A DNA stretch of 64,000 nt, taken from positions 147,187 to 211,186 of the forward strand of contig CAZEEI010000001.1 in NCBI GenBank assembly GCA_964511175.1, in the 5' to 3' direction. The notes under the pieces are model-generated. The model did not search any database. It was not told the DNA's origin and was given only the letters and a program-made list of their open reading frames with translations. This document shows positions 37,024 through 47,092 of this stretch, piece after piece. Origin of the DNA: an uncultured Pseudomonadales bacterium (lineage in GTDB: Bacteria > Patescibacteriota > Microgenomatia > UBA1400 > UBA1396). Position 1 is the first letter of the stretch; each line of letters begins with the position of its first letter. The translations under genes and the position numbers were made by a program.

Positions 37024-37567
37024 CCCATTGCTGTGCTAGCTCTGTATCACTCCTTTTGGCATCAACCCAGGTGAAGCCATATTCGGCGGAGATCTCCCGG
37101 TAAATGGGGTCATCATCGATTAGGATTAGTGAATCCAAGAGAAAAGGAAATTTGATTGCCTCTTTTTTTAATAGGCGCAGCGCTGTCTGCCAGCGCTCCT
37201 CCGACACACGATGTTCATGGGCAAAATTGCCAAAAGTAGGTTCAAATTGTCCTTTACCAATTTGCCAAATAGTTCTGCCTGGTAAAACGTACTTCTCCGC
37301 GTGAGTCAGCCAAGCCCAAAGTTCCTGATCCACGCACAGTAAATGGTCCATAAAATCATTGATCCGATCCTCGCCTGAGCAAGAAAAAAGAACCGGCACT
37401 ACTTGCTTGTCTCGAAAAAGTGTTTGCAAAAACTCGATACTGCCGGGAAGAAGTTTAACAGAATTTTTATCCATTACCGCAATCAAGGTTCCATCAACGT
37501 CGATAGTAACCCTGGGTTTATTCGGTTTTGGCTCAGATTCTCGTTGCTCGGCTGAAGCTAAGGACAT
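36977..37567 (-). CDS. HAD-like hydrolase
   Basis: VTIDVDGTLIAV motif I. Confidence 0.45.
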   Translation of the reverse strand: MSLASAEQRESEPKPNKPRVTIDVDGTLIAVMDKNSVKLLPGSIEFLQTLFRDKQVVPVLFSCSGEDRINDFMDHLLCVDQELWAWLTHAEKYVLPGRTIWQIGKGQFEPTFGNFAHEHRVSEERWQTALRLLKKEAIKFPFLLDSLILIDDDPIYREISAEYGFTWVDAKRSDTELAQQWARRTVAAVYRAAGVN

Positions 37568-37689
37568 ATTGGTTTAACAGTGTTTAGTGGTCGAAAGGTA
37601 AATTCTCTTGAGTATAGCAGAAACTGATTTTTTCTGGCAACCTGCTACACTACTAGTAGTAGTATTAATCAAAATACCTAGGAGTATTT

Positions 37690-38139
37690 ATGGCTAAAAA
37701 AGCCCGCCCGTCCAGTTCGAATAATACCAATGTCGGTATGATGTTAGTGACCACTTATTTTATGTTGTGGTTGGTTAATAGTCTGGTGATCTATTTCGCC
37801 AACGTTTTCTTCCCGCAAAGTGTAGTGTTGGGCACATACAGCATCAAGCCGCTCTGGGCGCTGCTTAATGGTATGGGTCTGTTGGCGTTAATCGGTACGC
37901 TGGCGGTGCCGGTCATCCATGTTTGGGAACAGAAGCGTAGCCGGATGCTGTCGCGTAAGGAGTGGTTTGTCGAATACTTCCTGCTTAACTTTGTGGCTTT
38001 GTGGGTGATTGCCCGTTTGGCCGATCAACTGGGTCTAGGGATTAGTTCCTGGCGCATCGTGGCCATCCTAGCTCTAGTTCTAGGTATGGTCCAAAGTATG
38101 GCTATAGAGCAGGTGAAGAAAATGCGTCTCAAGATTTGA
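37690..38139 (+). CDS. membrane protein
   Basis: 4 predicted TM helices. Confidence 0.45.
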   Translation: MAKKARPSSSNNTNVGMMLVTTYFMLWLVNSLVIYFANVFFPQSVVLGTYSIKPLWALLNGMGLLALIGTLAVPVIHVWEQKRSRMLSRKEWFVEYFLLNFVALWVIARLADQLGLGISSWRIVAILALVLGMVQSMAIEQVKKMRLKI

Positions 38140-38162
38140 GAGCCGATTTCAAACTAGGTTGA

Positions 38163-38729
38163 CTACTTTACGGTGCCGCAGTCGCCGTTGAAAACTAAAA
38201 CTTGTCCTGGATCCTGCCAGTCTGGATGCTTTTGTTGCCAGACTTGCGCTGCTTCTGGATTGTTCTTGGCCAGTATTCCCACTGCCTGCGCCGAGTCAAC
38301 CAAAAAACAATACTGATTGTCGCCGCGCTTCTTAATTTTTGCCAACTCGGGTCGGAAGGACACAAGCCGGTCAGTGACGAAGACCATGGGGCAAGTTTTT
38401 TGATCCCGCTTAAATAGTGGCAGGGTCAATCCCACCCAAACCTTAGCCGAGATTTGCTCATCGGCAAAAGTCAGCGGTTCGTGCTGTATTTCTAATGCTT
38501 TAGGGCGACGTTCCTTAACAAAGTTCCACATTTCCGTCAATTGTTCCCAAGTGTTTGGCACCCGCTCTGGAGGTAAATTACTCAGGAAAAGTTGCTCGTC
38601 GATTAGGCTAGCCTTGGCAGTAGGTTGCTGTTCAAGATGGCGCAAAAAAGCATCCGGATTAGAGAATTTTTTCTTCCAGGTTCTACGCCAAGTTTCCAAC
38701 TGATCTTCGGAATAATGTCTAGACATCAT
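38163..38729 (-). CDS. hypothetical protein
   Basis: 188-aa ORF. Confidence 0.45.
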   Translation of the reverse strand: MMSRHYSEDQLETWRRTWKKKFSNPDAFLRHLEQQPTAKASLIDEQLFLSNLPPERVPNTWEQLTEMWNFVKERRPKALEIQHEPLTFADEQISAKVWVGLTLPLFKRDQKTCPMVFVTDRLVSFRPELAKIKKRGDNQYCFLVDSAQAVGILAKNNPEAAQVWQQKHPDWQDPGQVLVFNGDCGTVK

Positions 38730-38753
38730 GGTACATATGATACTCTAATAGAT

Positions 38754-39056
38754 ATGAAAGATCCCAAATATCTTGACGAAGCTTTTGCGGCGGTTTGCCA
38801 AGAAATGCTCGAAACCTTCATTAAAAAGCATAAAGATTACGGCAAAGGCAATATCCTTTCGATCAAAGAATTGGGCATGGCTTTTCGTACTTCGGAAAAA
38901 ATCGAAAGAATTAAAAATTTGCTCATGAAAGCTGGCGATTCACCGGTCAATGAGTCGCTGGACGATAGCTGGCTGGATATTGCCGTGTATGGGGTGATTG
39001 CCCTACTCTACCGGCGCGGTTGGTTCGAAAAACTGAAACTAGACCCCAAAAAATAA
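38754..39056 (+). CDS. hypothetical protein (possibly DUF1599-like)
   Basis: KHKDYGKGN motif; start at internal ATG to avoid overlap with the convergent gene. Confidence 0.35.
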   Translation: MKDPKYLDEAFAAVCQEMLETFIKKHKDYGKGNILSIKELGMAFRTSEKIERIKNLLMKAGDSPVNESLDDSWLDIAVYGVIALLYRRGWFEKLKLDPKK

Positions 39057-39066
39057 GCGAATTGCC

Positions 39067-39585
39067 ATGTCTACTACTGCTCTCAATCTCACGATCGACA
39101 CCGAACTTAAGCTGAGAATGATGATTTACAGCTTGGCCTATGTCTTACCGATATGTTTAGCCCATCCCCAATGGTTAACTGGGACGCTGGTTAATTGTTG
39201 GTTATTTTTGGCCGCCGAAAAATTAGATCGACGCGAATTATGGCCGGTACTGGTGCTGCCGAGTCTGGGTGCGCTTAGCCGCGGCTGGCTCTTTGGTTCG
39301 CAAACGGTGTTTCTGTTTTACTTCCTCCCTTTCATTTGGGTAGGCAACTATGTTTTGGTGGCAGTGTTTCGCGGCTTGGCTGGCCGATCCTGGTTTACCC
39401 GGGTTGGTTGGGCGGCCTTGGTCAAGTTTGGCTTACTCGCTTTAGCCGCCCTGATTTATTGGCGCTTAGGAACGGTGCCGAGTATTTTTAAGCAATCGAT
39501 GGGGTTGATGCAACTGGTTACGGCACTAGCTGGTGGCGCAGCAGCCTGGCTGGTTAACCGCAGTTGGACGGGTAGCCATGAATGA
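39067..39585 (+). CDS. membrane protein
   Basis: 5-6 predicted TM helices; 8-nt overlap with the following gene. Confidence 0.45.
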   Translation: MSTTALNLTIDTELKLRMMIYSLAYVLPICLAHPQWLTGTLVNCWLFLAAEKLDRRELWPVLVLPSLGALSRGWLFGSQTVFLFYFLPFIWVGNYVLVAVFRGLAGRSWFTRVGWAALVKFGLLALAALIYWRLGTVPSIFKQSMGLMQLVTALAGGAAAWLVNRSWTGSHE

Positions 39586-40372
39586 ATTAAACGAATTAGT
39601 GCGGGCTTTACGTCAGCGCGAACCGCTGGTGGCGATGGTGGCGCCTTCCTTTCCTATTGTCTTTCCTTTTCCGGCACTGGTAAGTATGCTGCGCCGCCTT
39701 GGTTTTGCTTACGTGGTGGAAGTGGCCTTAGGGGCGGAGCGGACGAACGCTGAACTGGTTGCAGCACTGCAAAGTAACCCGACCGCCCGCTACATTACTA
39801 GTCCCTGTCCCAGTGTGGTACGGCTAATTCGCCAGCAATTGCCAGAGTATGCGCAGTACTTTCCCCCCGCCGTCGACTCGCCGATGGCCGCTACCGCCAA
39901 AATCGTGCGGGAAAAATATCCCGGCCACCGACCGGTGTTTATTGGTCCCTGTATCGTTAAAAAATTGGAGGCGTCCCAGGACGTGCCGGAGCTGGATATT
40001 CTGGTTGTGACCTACGACGAACTAAATCGCATTTTTACGGCCTGCAGTTTGCCAGTCACTGCCGAACCAGGTGACGACTTTGACCTAAAAGCTACCGGGC
40101 CCACCCGCTTCTACCCAATGGACGGTGGTTTGGCTTACACCAGCGGTGCGTTCGCTCAACTGGGGTCGGAGGCAGTACAAATTGTTTCCGGGTGGCAGAA
40201 TTGTACGGCGGCGATCAAAAGTTTTACTACTAACACGCAAGTGCGACTGCTCGACATCTTGTTTTGCGAAGGGGGTTGCATCAGTGGTCTGGGAATCAAA
40301 AGCTCGTTGTTGATGGCGGAGCGGCAACAAAAAATTAAGGACTACGTTTTTACGTCAAGTGGTCAGAAATAA
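39578..40372 (+). CDS. [FeFe]-hydrogenase H-domain-like protein (truncated, single domain)
   Basis: VAMVAPSFPI...LRRLGFAYVV; TSPCPSV (L1, proton-relay Cys replaced by Pro); GPCIVKKLEA (L2); FCEGGCISG (L3); only about 265 aa, no F-cluster domain. Confidence 0.5.
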   Translation: MNELNELVRALRQREPLVAMVAPSFPIVFPFPALVSMLRRLGFAYVVEVALGAERTNAELVAALQSNPTARYITSPCPSVVRLIRQQLPEYAQYFPPAVDSPMAATAKIVREKYPGHRPVFIGPCIVKKLEASQDVPELDILVVTYDELNRIFTACSLPVTAEPGDDFDLKATGPTRFYPMDGGLAYTSGAFAQLGSEAVQIVSGWQNCTAAIKSFTTNTQVRLLDILFCEGGCISGLGIKSSLLMAERQQKIKDYVFTSSGQK

Positions 40373-40790
40373 TTTCTCTAGTGAATTGATAAACATTTTC
40401 CGGTCGAGCTCCATTTTCAGAGGCGCTGGCGACCACTGTTGCTAAAGTGTACATTTTATCAAAACTAAGGTTGTAGTCGATATCATGCAGTCTGAGAAAA
40501 ATATGAGAAAAAATAATCGCCATTCGTTTATTGCCATTTTGGAAGGGATGACCGGTACATACTTTATAAAAGTAACCTGCTGTTGCCTCGGCGATAGTAG
40601 GAAAAACTCGCACGCCAAAGGCATGTTGTTTCACCGAACCAAGGATACTTTCTAGTTTTTCTGGGTAGCGCGAATCAAAGGGTGGCAGAGGTCCGAGAGT
40701 CACCTGAAATTCGCGAAATTCGTTGTAAATGATTTCGCATGTCTCTAGACTCAGCCAGTAAGTTGGGATCTGTTGTGCCTTCTCGATCAT
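40350..40790 (-). CDS. doc: Doc / Fic-family toxin
   Basis: HPFQNGNKR Fic motif. Confidence 0.75.
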   Translation of the reverse strand: MIEKAQQIPTYWLSLETCEIIYNEFREFQVTLGPLPPFDSRYPEKLESILGSVKQHAFGVRVFPTIAEATAGYFYKVCTGHPFQNGNKRMAIIFSHIFLRLHDIDYNLSFDKMYTLATVVASASENGARPENVYQFTREIISDHLT

Positions 40791-40993
40791 ACTTTTCCAA
40801 TAAACGGTAGGTTTGACCGTATTTATTTATACTATAGTGAACCTCCTTCTTAACAGCTCGAGGATTCACCTTTTTCCGATTAACCAACCATTGCCAGAAC
40901 ATGTTGCTATTGTAACGTTAAACGATTGAACGGATAAGTACCGATTTTAGTCTTTCAGCTAATTTTCAGCTATTTAGTAGTAAAATATGCCCC

Positions 40994-41671
40994 ATGCGTT
41001 TGCTGGTGGTAGAGGATGAGACCAAATTGGCTAAGGCAATGCAGCGTGCGCTGACGCTTCAGCATTATGCCGTCGACGTGGCTAGTGATGGCCAGACCGG
41101 TTGGGAGTTAGCCTCGGTCGAACCTTACGATCTGATTATTCTCGATTTACTCCTACCTAACCTGGATGGCCGGGAAATATGCCGCCGCTTACGAGCTGAT
41201 CGGCTGGAAACTCCAATTCTTATGCTGACCGCTTTGGGTGAAATTGCCGATCGGGTGATTGGCTTAGATGCTGGCGCCGACGATTATTTAGTGAAACCAT
41301 TTGCCTTGGTTGAATTGTTTGCGCGGGTACGGGCTTTGCTGCGGCGCGGCTTACCCAACCGGGAAACTAAACTACAGGTGGCCGACTTGACTCTGGATCC
41401 GGTTAATGCCCAGGCAACCCGGGATGGGCAACGGCTGGATCTTTCTCCCAAAGAATACGCCATTTTGGCTTATTTACTGTATCACCACAATCGGCCGGTC
41501 TCTAAGGAACAGTTACTGCGCCACGTTTGGGACTATCAAGCTGATGTTTTGCCCAACACGGTGGAGGTGCACGTGCGCAATTTACGTCGTAAGGTTGATG
41601 CGCCGTTTAAGCAAGCGTTAATTACTACCGTACGCGGTTTTGGCTACCAGATTGGGGGTCAACATGTTTGA
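40994..41671 (+). CDS. OmpR-family response regulator
   Basis: Receiver domain with D-D...K pattern and winged-helix output domain. Confidence 0.9.
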   Translation: MRLLVVEDETKLAKAMQRALTLQHYAVDVASDGQTGWELASVEPYDLIILDLLLPNLDGREICRRLRADRLETPILMLTALGEIADRVIGLDAGADDYLVKPFALVELFARVRALLRRGLPNRETKLQVADLTLDPVNAQATRDGQRLDLSPKEYAILAYLLYHHNRPVSKEQLLRHVWDYQADVLPNTVEVHVRNLRRKVDAPFKQALITTVRGFGYQIGGQHV

Positions 41672-42668
41672 ACAGGCGCGCTGGAAACTGACGGCTTGGT
41701 ATGTGGCGATTATGATGGGCATCACCCTCTTGTTTAGCGTCGCTTTTTACCAGTTAGCTACGCAAGAATTGCGGCGGGTGATTAACCGTTTTGAAGTGAT
41801 GGAAAGACGTACGCCGCCCCCGGTTGCTACCCTACCCTACTTACCGCCAAATCCAATTGAAGTGATGGCTGCAGCACAGCAGCGCCTCCAAATTATTCTT
41901 TTAGTAGTTAACGGATCTATCCTGGTTTTAGTAGGTGGTGCGGCTTATTTTTTGGCCGGACGTACTTTGCGACCTATTCAACTAATGGTCGAACAGCAAA
42001 ACCAGTTTGTCGCTGATGCCTCCCATGAACTGCGTACACCGCTGGCTGTTCTCCGGGCGGAATTAGAAGGTAGTTTGCTGGAAAAACGGATAACCGAAAA
42101 ACAGGCTCGCCAATTAGCCACCAGTAATTTGGAAGAAGTGATTTCTCTCCAGAAGTTGACCGATAATTTACTGCGTCTCACGCGTTACGATGTCGATCAC
42201 ACTCCCCTTTCTCGCGAAGAAGTGCCGCTACGGGAACTGGTTTTAGCTGTGGAAAAGAAGTTAAACAAACTTGCCCAAGCGAAAAAAATTACCTTCCGTA
42301 ATAAACTTTCGGTAGTTAGTGTTCGCGGCTGTCCGGCCGAGCTAAGCGAAGTCTTGGCAGTAATTTTCGATAACGCTATTAAATACAGTCCGGCTCAAAC
42401 CAAGATTAGCGTTACTTTACGAACTAACGATCACCACGCAGTAGTCACCATTGCCGACCAAGGGATTGGTGTTACTGCCGCTGACCTGCCGCATATTTTT
42501 GAACGTTTCTACCGGGCAGATCGATCGCGTTCGCAAACCGCCGGTTTTGGTTTGGGCTTGGCGATTGCCCGCCAACTGGTTGCCGCTCACCAAGGAACCA
42601 TCACCGCCCAAAGTAAGCCTGGCCGCGGAACCACCTTTACGATCCGGCTTCCCTTAAGCAATTCTTAA
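41664..42668 (+). CDS. sensor histidine kinase
   Basis: HELRTPL H-box and N/G1/G2 boxes (DNAIKYS, DQGIGV, GLGLAI); ATGTTTGA overlap with the regulator stop. Confidence 0.85.
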   Translation: MFEQARWKLTAWYVAIMMGITLLFSVAFYQLATQELRRVINRFEVMERRTPPPVATLPYLPPNPIEVMAAAQQRLQIILLVVNGSILVLVGGAAYFLAGRTLRPIQLMVEQQNQFVADASHELRTPLAVLRAELEGSLLEKRITEKQARQLATSNLEEVISLQKLTDNLLRLTRYDVDHTPLSREEVPLRELVLAVEKKLNKLAQAKKITFRNKLSVVSVRGCPAELSEVLAVIFDNAIKYSPAQTKISVTLRTNDHHAVVTIADQGIGVTAADLPHIFERFYRADRSRSQTAGFGLGLAIARQLVAAHQGTITAQSKPGRGTTFTIRLPLSNS

Positions 42669-42691
42669 GTTTGGGGTTATAAACTACCCCA

Positions 42692-44068
42692 ATGCTATCG
42701 CTTACTACCCTTACTGCCACGAGCCGAGCTTGGCTGAATAAACTGTTTGATCTTTGGCGGCAGAGCCCCCTCTGGCAAAAAGTTTTGTTGTTGGTTATCG
42801 CGTTAGGTTTAGGCTGGTTGGCTTGGACACAGCGGCCTAGTCAGAACGCGACTACTTCCACTTACCAAACGGCAGTGGCCGAAAAAGGCACACTGGTTAC
42901 TTCGATTACCGGTTCAGGCAGTATTACGGTAGGTAACAGTACTAACCTAACCACCAGTGCCACTGGTGTGGTGACCAAAGTACTGGTTTCGAACGGTGAC
43001 CAAGTTAAAAAAGGTCAAGCCATTGCCACCCTGGAATTAGATGACGATTCCCGTGCCAAACGCGCCGCCGCTTGGGTGGCTTACTTGGATGCCAAGGAGG
43101 CGGTGAAAACTGCCCAAAAAACTAAAGTTGATGCCGATATTGCTATGTGGAATGCCCGCCAAGCCATCTTTACCGCGCAAGACGACATTGATTACAAGAA
43201 TAGCCACGATACCAATCCAACTACCGGTAAAGCTTACACCGATTCACAGCGAGTGGTTGTCGATAAGACGCTGGATCAGGCCCGTGCGGCTTTTATGGCT
43301 GTGGAACTTAAGTACCAGAATGCTGATTCAGAAATTCAGAGCGCCCAAGCTAAAGTTGCTACTACTTGGCAAGATTACGGCGATTTGTCCCCCACCATCA
43401 CCGCGCCCGTAGCGGGTGTAATTAGCAATTTATCTTTGGCGCCAGACGTCACGATTACGCAGGCCGAAAGCAGCGACGAGAGTTCGACTACCACTACCGT
43501 TACGTCGCAAAAGATCGGTCAAATTGATAATCCTAACGGCCAGTTCCAAGCCTCAGTCAGTTTGACCGAAATTGATATCGTTAAGGTACAAGCCAACCAA
43601 AAAGTGAATTTGACGCTGGATGCTTTTCCAGATTTGAGTTTTACCGGCAAGGTTTTAGCGATCGATACCAGCGGTGCGGTTAGTTCAGGAGTAACTAGTT
43701 ATCCGGTTACTATTTTGCTCGATCAAACTACCGCGCGGATTTACCCGCGTATGGCCGTGAGCGCCACCATCATTACGAATATTAAAGACAATGTAATTCT
43801 GGTACCCAGTACAGCGGTACAAAGCAGCAACGGCAGTACTACGGTCCAAGTGATGCAGGATGGTCAGCCCAAGAGTGTCGCGGTCGAGGTGGGTGACAGT
43901 AACGATAGCCAAATCGAAATTAAATCTGGCCTTAATGGTGGGGAAACAGTAGTGACCAGTTCGGTTAGTGCCACTAGCCAAACGAGTAGTGTCCGCAATA
44001 GCAATACCGCTTCTCCTTTCAGTAGTAGCTTTGGTGGTGGTTTTGGTGGTGGACCGATGTCTAGGTAA
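42692..44068 (+). CDS. HlyD/MacA-like periplasmic adaptor (membrane fusion protein)
   Basis: N-terminal TM, coiled-coil, beta-barrel pattern; Gly-rich tail. Confidence 0.65.
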   Translation: MLSLTTLTATSRAWLNKLFDLWRQSPLWQKVLLLVIALGLGWLAWTQRPSQNATTSTYQTAVAEKGTLVTSITGSGSITVGNSTNLTTSATGVVTKVLVSNGDQVKKGQAIATLELDDDSRAKRAAAWVAYLDAKEAVKTAQKTKVDADIAMWNARQAIFTAQDDIDYKNSHDTNPTTGKAYTDSQRVVVDKTLDQARAAFMAVELKYQNADSEIQSAQAKVATTWQDYGDLSPTITAPVAGVISNLSLAPDVTITQAESSDESSTTTTVTSQKIGQIDNPNGQFQASVSLTEIDIVKVQANQKVNLTLDAFPDLSFTGKVLAIDTSGAVSSGVTSYPVTILLDQTTARIYPRMAVSATIITNIKDNVILVPSTAVQSSNGSTTVQVMQDGQPKSVAVEVGDSNDSQIEIKSGLNGGETVVTSSVSATSQTSSVRNSNTASPFSSSFGGGFGGGPMSR

Positions 44069-44070
44069 AT

Positions 44071-44799
44071 ATGACTAAGCCAATTATCCAAGTTCAGCAT
44101 TTAGGCAAAACTTACCAAATCGAAACGGTGTCTACCGTGGCTTTGGCCGATATTTCTTTCACCATCAATAAAGGTGAGTTTGTGGCCATCATGGGTCCCT
44201 CCGGTTCCGGTAAATCAACTCTGATGCATATTTTGGGGGCGTTGGATTTGCCAACGAGCGGTTCTTATGTTTTGGACGGGCGCAATGTCGAAAAATTATC
44301 GGACGAAGAGCTGGCCGATATCCGTAACCAAAAAATCGGTTTCATCTTTCAGGCTTTCAACTTGTTACCACGGATGAGTGCTCTTAAAAACGTCATGTTG
44401 CCGATGATTTATGCCGGTTTACCGCAGGCGGAGCGTCAGGAACGAGCCCGCCGCTACTTAACCATGATGGGTCTAAGTAACCGTTTGGAACATACGCCAG
44501 GACAACTTTCCGGTGGCCAGCAGCAGCGGGTCGCTATTGCCCGGGCGCTTTCCTTAGATCCCGCTCTCCTGCTGGCGGATGAACCCACCGGGAATATTGC
44601 TTCTTCCCAAGCCGAAGAAGTGATGGCCATTTTTCAGCAAGTGCACCGTAAGGGTCACACCATTGTCATGATCACCCACGAACCCGACATTGCCCAGCAC
44701 GCGCAGCGGATTATTCAGATCCGCGACGGCAACTTAGCCAGCGATCATCCTAACCGAAAACCTAAGATAGCCAAAATACATTTAGCGCAAGACGAATAA
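44071..44799 (+). CDS. ABC transporter ATP-binding protein (MacB/LolD-like)
   Basis: Walker A GPSGSGKST, LSGGQQQRVAIARAL signature, Walker B LLLADEPTG. Confidence 0.9.
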   Translation: MTKPIIQVQHLGKTYQIETVSTVALADISFTINKGEFVAIMGPSGSGKSTLMHILGALDLPTSGSYVLDGRNVEKLSDEELADIRNQKIGFIFQAFNLLPRMSALKNVMLPMIYAGLPQAERQERARRYLTMMGLSNRLEHTPGQLSGGQQQRVAIARALSLDPALLLADEPTGNIASSQAEEVMAIFQQVHRKGHTIVMITHEPDIAQHAQRIIQIRDGNLASDHPNRKPKIAKIHLAQDE

Positions 44800-44802
44800 A
44801 CT

Positions 44803-46026
44803 ATGGAGTATCGCGAAATCATTAGCGAAGCTGTCAGCACGTTAGTAGTTAATAAACTACGGACCGGTCTGGCGGTTTTGGGCATAGTAATTGGTATCGG
44901 CAGCGTAATTGCCCTGCTCTCTTTAGGTGCTTCCAGCCAACAGGCGGTCCAATCCCAAATTCAATCGATTGGTGCCAATTTGTTGACAGTTTCGCCAGCA
45001 GCAGCCAGTAGTAACGGTGTGCGCGGGGCTGCCGGCGGCGGCACCACTTTAACTAACGAGGATGCCCAAGCCATTAGTAATTCGCCGCTGGTGGACACAA
45101 TCAGCGCGGTAGCGCCGGTTTACAGCGGCCGCTCCCAAATTATTGCCGGCCGCAACAATACCAACACCCAAGTCGAAGGGGTTACCCCGACCTATGCCAG
45201 CGTGCGTAAAGTGGAGTTAAGTGCCGGCACCTTCATTAGCGAACGCGACCTTAGCGCCATCAGCCGCGTGGCGGTTTTAGGGTCGCAGGTGGTAACTGAT
45301 CTGTTTGGTGAGGGAGCCAGTGCCGTGGGTGAAACCGTGCGGATCAATGGCCAAAACTTTCAAGTGATTGGCGTGACCAAAGCCAAAGGTGGTACTGGAC
45401 CGCAAAGCCAAGACGACACGGTGTTAATTCCGCTTACCACTGCCCAAAAACAAATTTTTGGGGTGAAATATTTAAGTACAATTTACTTGGAGGCTACCAG
45501 TCCTGACGTTATGACTCAGGCGCAAAATCAGGTCGGATATCTTTTATTGGATCAACACCACTTAACTGATCCTACCGCAGCCGACTTCCGTATTTTTTCG
45601 CAGGAAGATATTTTAGAAGCGGCTTCACAAGTAACTGGGACCTTCACTACTTTGCTTTCCGGTGTGGCCGCTATTTCATTACTGGTAGGTGGCATCGGCA
45701 TCATGAATATTATGTTAGTGACAGTGACCGAGCGTACCCGTGAAATCGGTTTGCGTAAAGCCTTGGGGGCAAAAAAGAAAATCATCATTACCCAGTTCCT
45801 CATCGAATCGATTATTCTGACTTTTACTGGCGGTTGCTTGGGAGTACTGCTCGGAATGCTCATTTCTTACGGTTATGCGTTGTATGCCGGTTCACCGCTG
45901 GTGGTTTCGGTCAGCTCCATTTTGTTGGCCTCTGCCGTTTCCGTGGTGATAGGGATCGTGTTTGGTTGGTATCCGGCGCGCCGCGCGGCCAACCTCCAGC
46001 CGATTGAAGCTTTGCGCTATGAGTAA
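44803..46026 (+). CDS. ABC transporter permease, FtsX/MacB family
   Basis: N-terminal TM, large extracytoplasmic loop, C-terminal FtsX 3-TM bundle. Confidence 0.85.
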   Translation: MEYREIISEAVSTLVVNKLRTGLAVLGIVIGIGSVIALLSLGASSQQAVQSQIQSIGANLLTVSPAAASSNGVRGAAGGGTTLTNEDAQAISNSPLVDTISAVAPVYSGRSQIIAGRNNTNTQVEGVTPTYASVRKVELSAGTFISERDLSAISRVAVLGSQVVTDLFGEGASAVGETVRINGQNFQVIGVTKAKGGTGPQSQDDTVLIPLTTAQKQIFGVKYLSTIYLEATSPDVMTQAQNQVGYLLLDQHHLTDPTAADFRIFSQEDILEAASQVTGTFTTLLSGVAAISLLVGGIGIMNIMLVTVTERTREIGLRKALGAKKKIIITQFLIESIILTFTGGCLGVLLGMLISYGYALYAGSPLVVSVSSILLASAVSVVIGIVFGWYPARRAANLQPIEALRYE

Positions 46027-46516
46027 AACCAAAACAAACGAAAGGACCAGCGTGAAAAATAATTACGTTGTGATATTAGTGATAGTGGCGGTTGTGGCCG
46101 GCCTATCTTTTTATGGGGGAATACAGTACCAACTGCGCCAAACGCCGAGTCGCGGTAATTTGGCCCAGTTCGCCAATGGTAGCCCAGCGATTGGCCAAAA
46201 CGGTACTAAAACTAATGGCAGTAACCGTTTTGCCCAAGGCAGCCGACCTCTGTCCGGCGAAATCACTGGTCGCGATGGTCAGAGTTTAACGCTTAAGTTA
46301 GCCGACGGCAGCAGCAAGACGGTTATTATTTCAGACCAGACGGCAATTAACCGTACCAGTGAAGCCACAAAAGAAGACTTGGCTACCGGCACCACGGTCA
46401 CCGTATTTGGTGCAGCGGATGCTAGTGGTACCATCACGGCGCAAAATATTGGGATTGGTAATAACCTATCAGCCTTTGGTAACCAGCCAGTACCGGATGC
46501 CCCCGCCCAGCCCTAA
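46019..46516 (+). CDS. secreted hypothetical protein
   Basis: ATGAGTAA overlap with the permease stop; signal-anchor then soluble domain. Confidence 0.45.
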   Translation: MSKTKTNERTSVKNNYVVILVIVAVVAGLSFYGGIQYQLRQTPSRGNLAQFANGSPAIGQNGTKTNGSNRFAQGSRPLSGEITGRDGQSLTLKLADGSSKTVIISDQTAINRTSEATKEDLATGTTVTVFGAADASGTITAQNIGIGNNLSAFGNQPVPDAPAQP

Positions 46517-46520
46517 GCGG

Positions 46521-46820
46521 TTAGGTTTTGGCCTGTCCCTGATGTTTGAAAAACTCCACTTGCCGCAGCCGCTTTAAGGCTTGGTCGCGGGTGGTGTAAG
46601 GGCCGCCTAAGTTGCGGCGAGTTTTTTTAGAAAGAACGTAGTAGCCGGCTTTACGTTTAACGATCATAATGGCTTGATGTTTTGGGTTGGCTTTTGATGT
46701 TTTTTGTCGTACTATGGTTGTTCTATGACTCATACCGTTGAACTTAATTCCCACCAAGCCATCGAAATTCGTCTTATTGGCGCAGTCAATGTCCAAGATG
46801 TGGCGACGATGGGCAAGCAA
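46521..46820 (-). CDS. hypothetical basic protein (true start may be the internal Met at 46667)
   Basis: ORF only. Confidence 0.3.
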   Translation of the reverse strand: MLAHRRHILDIDCANKTNFDGLVGIKFNGMSHRTTIVRQKTSKANPKHQAIMIVKRKAGYYVLSKKTRRNLGGPYTTRDQALKRLRQVEFFKHQGQAKT

Positions 46821-47090
46821 ATAATGAATCTGATTATCCGATTAGAAGACCAGGGCCAACCGGTGAATATTTTGATTGACTATTCCCAGCAAAGCGGTAT
46901 TGAGTCTTTGGCTAACTCTTTAGCTAAGCCGATTGCTCGTGATCTGCATTTGCACAAATTAGCGGTTTTCCAGCTCGGTCAGGAGGCGATCGATCGTTTT
47001 GAGGAAGTTAGGCAGGATAACGGTTCTGCTAAAAAGATGCGTATTTTCCCTGATCGGCAAGCAGCGGAAGAGTGGTTGTATAGCGAATAG
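46725..47090 (+). CDS. hypothetical protein, possibly STAS-like
   Basis: Weak resemblance to anti-sigma antagonist fold; uncertain. Confidence 0.3.
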   Translation: MTHTVELNSHQAIEIRLIGAVNVQDVATMGKQIMNLIIRLEDQGQPVNILIDYSQQSGIESLANSLAKPIARDLHLHKLAVFQLGQEAIDRFEEVRQDNGSAKKMRIFPDRQAAEEWLYSE

Positions 47091-47092
47091 CT

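Noticed and set aside
40675-40902. 75-aa ORF upstream of doc as a Phd-type antitoxin
   Set aside because: It overlaps doc by 115 nt in another frame and has no Phd/YefM-like sequence features; left as an open question in a finding rather than annotated.
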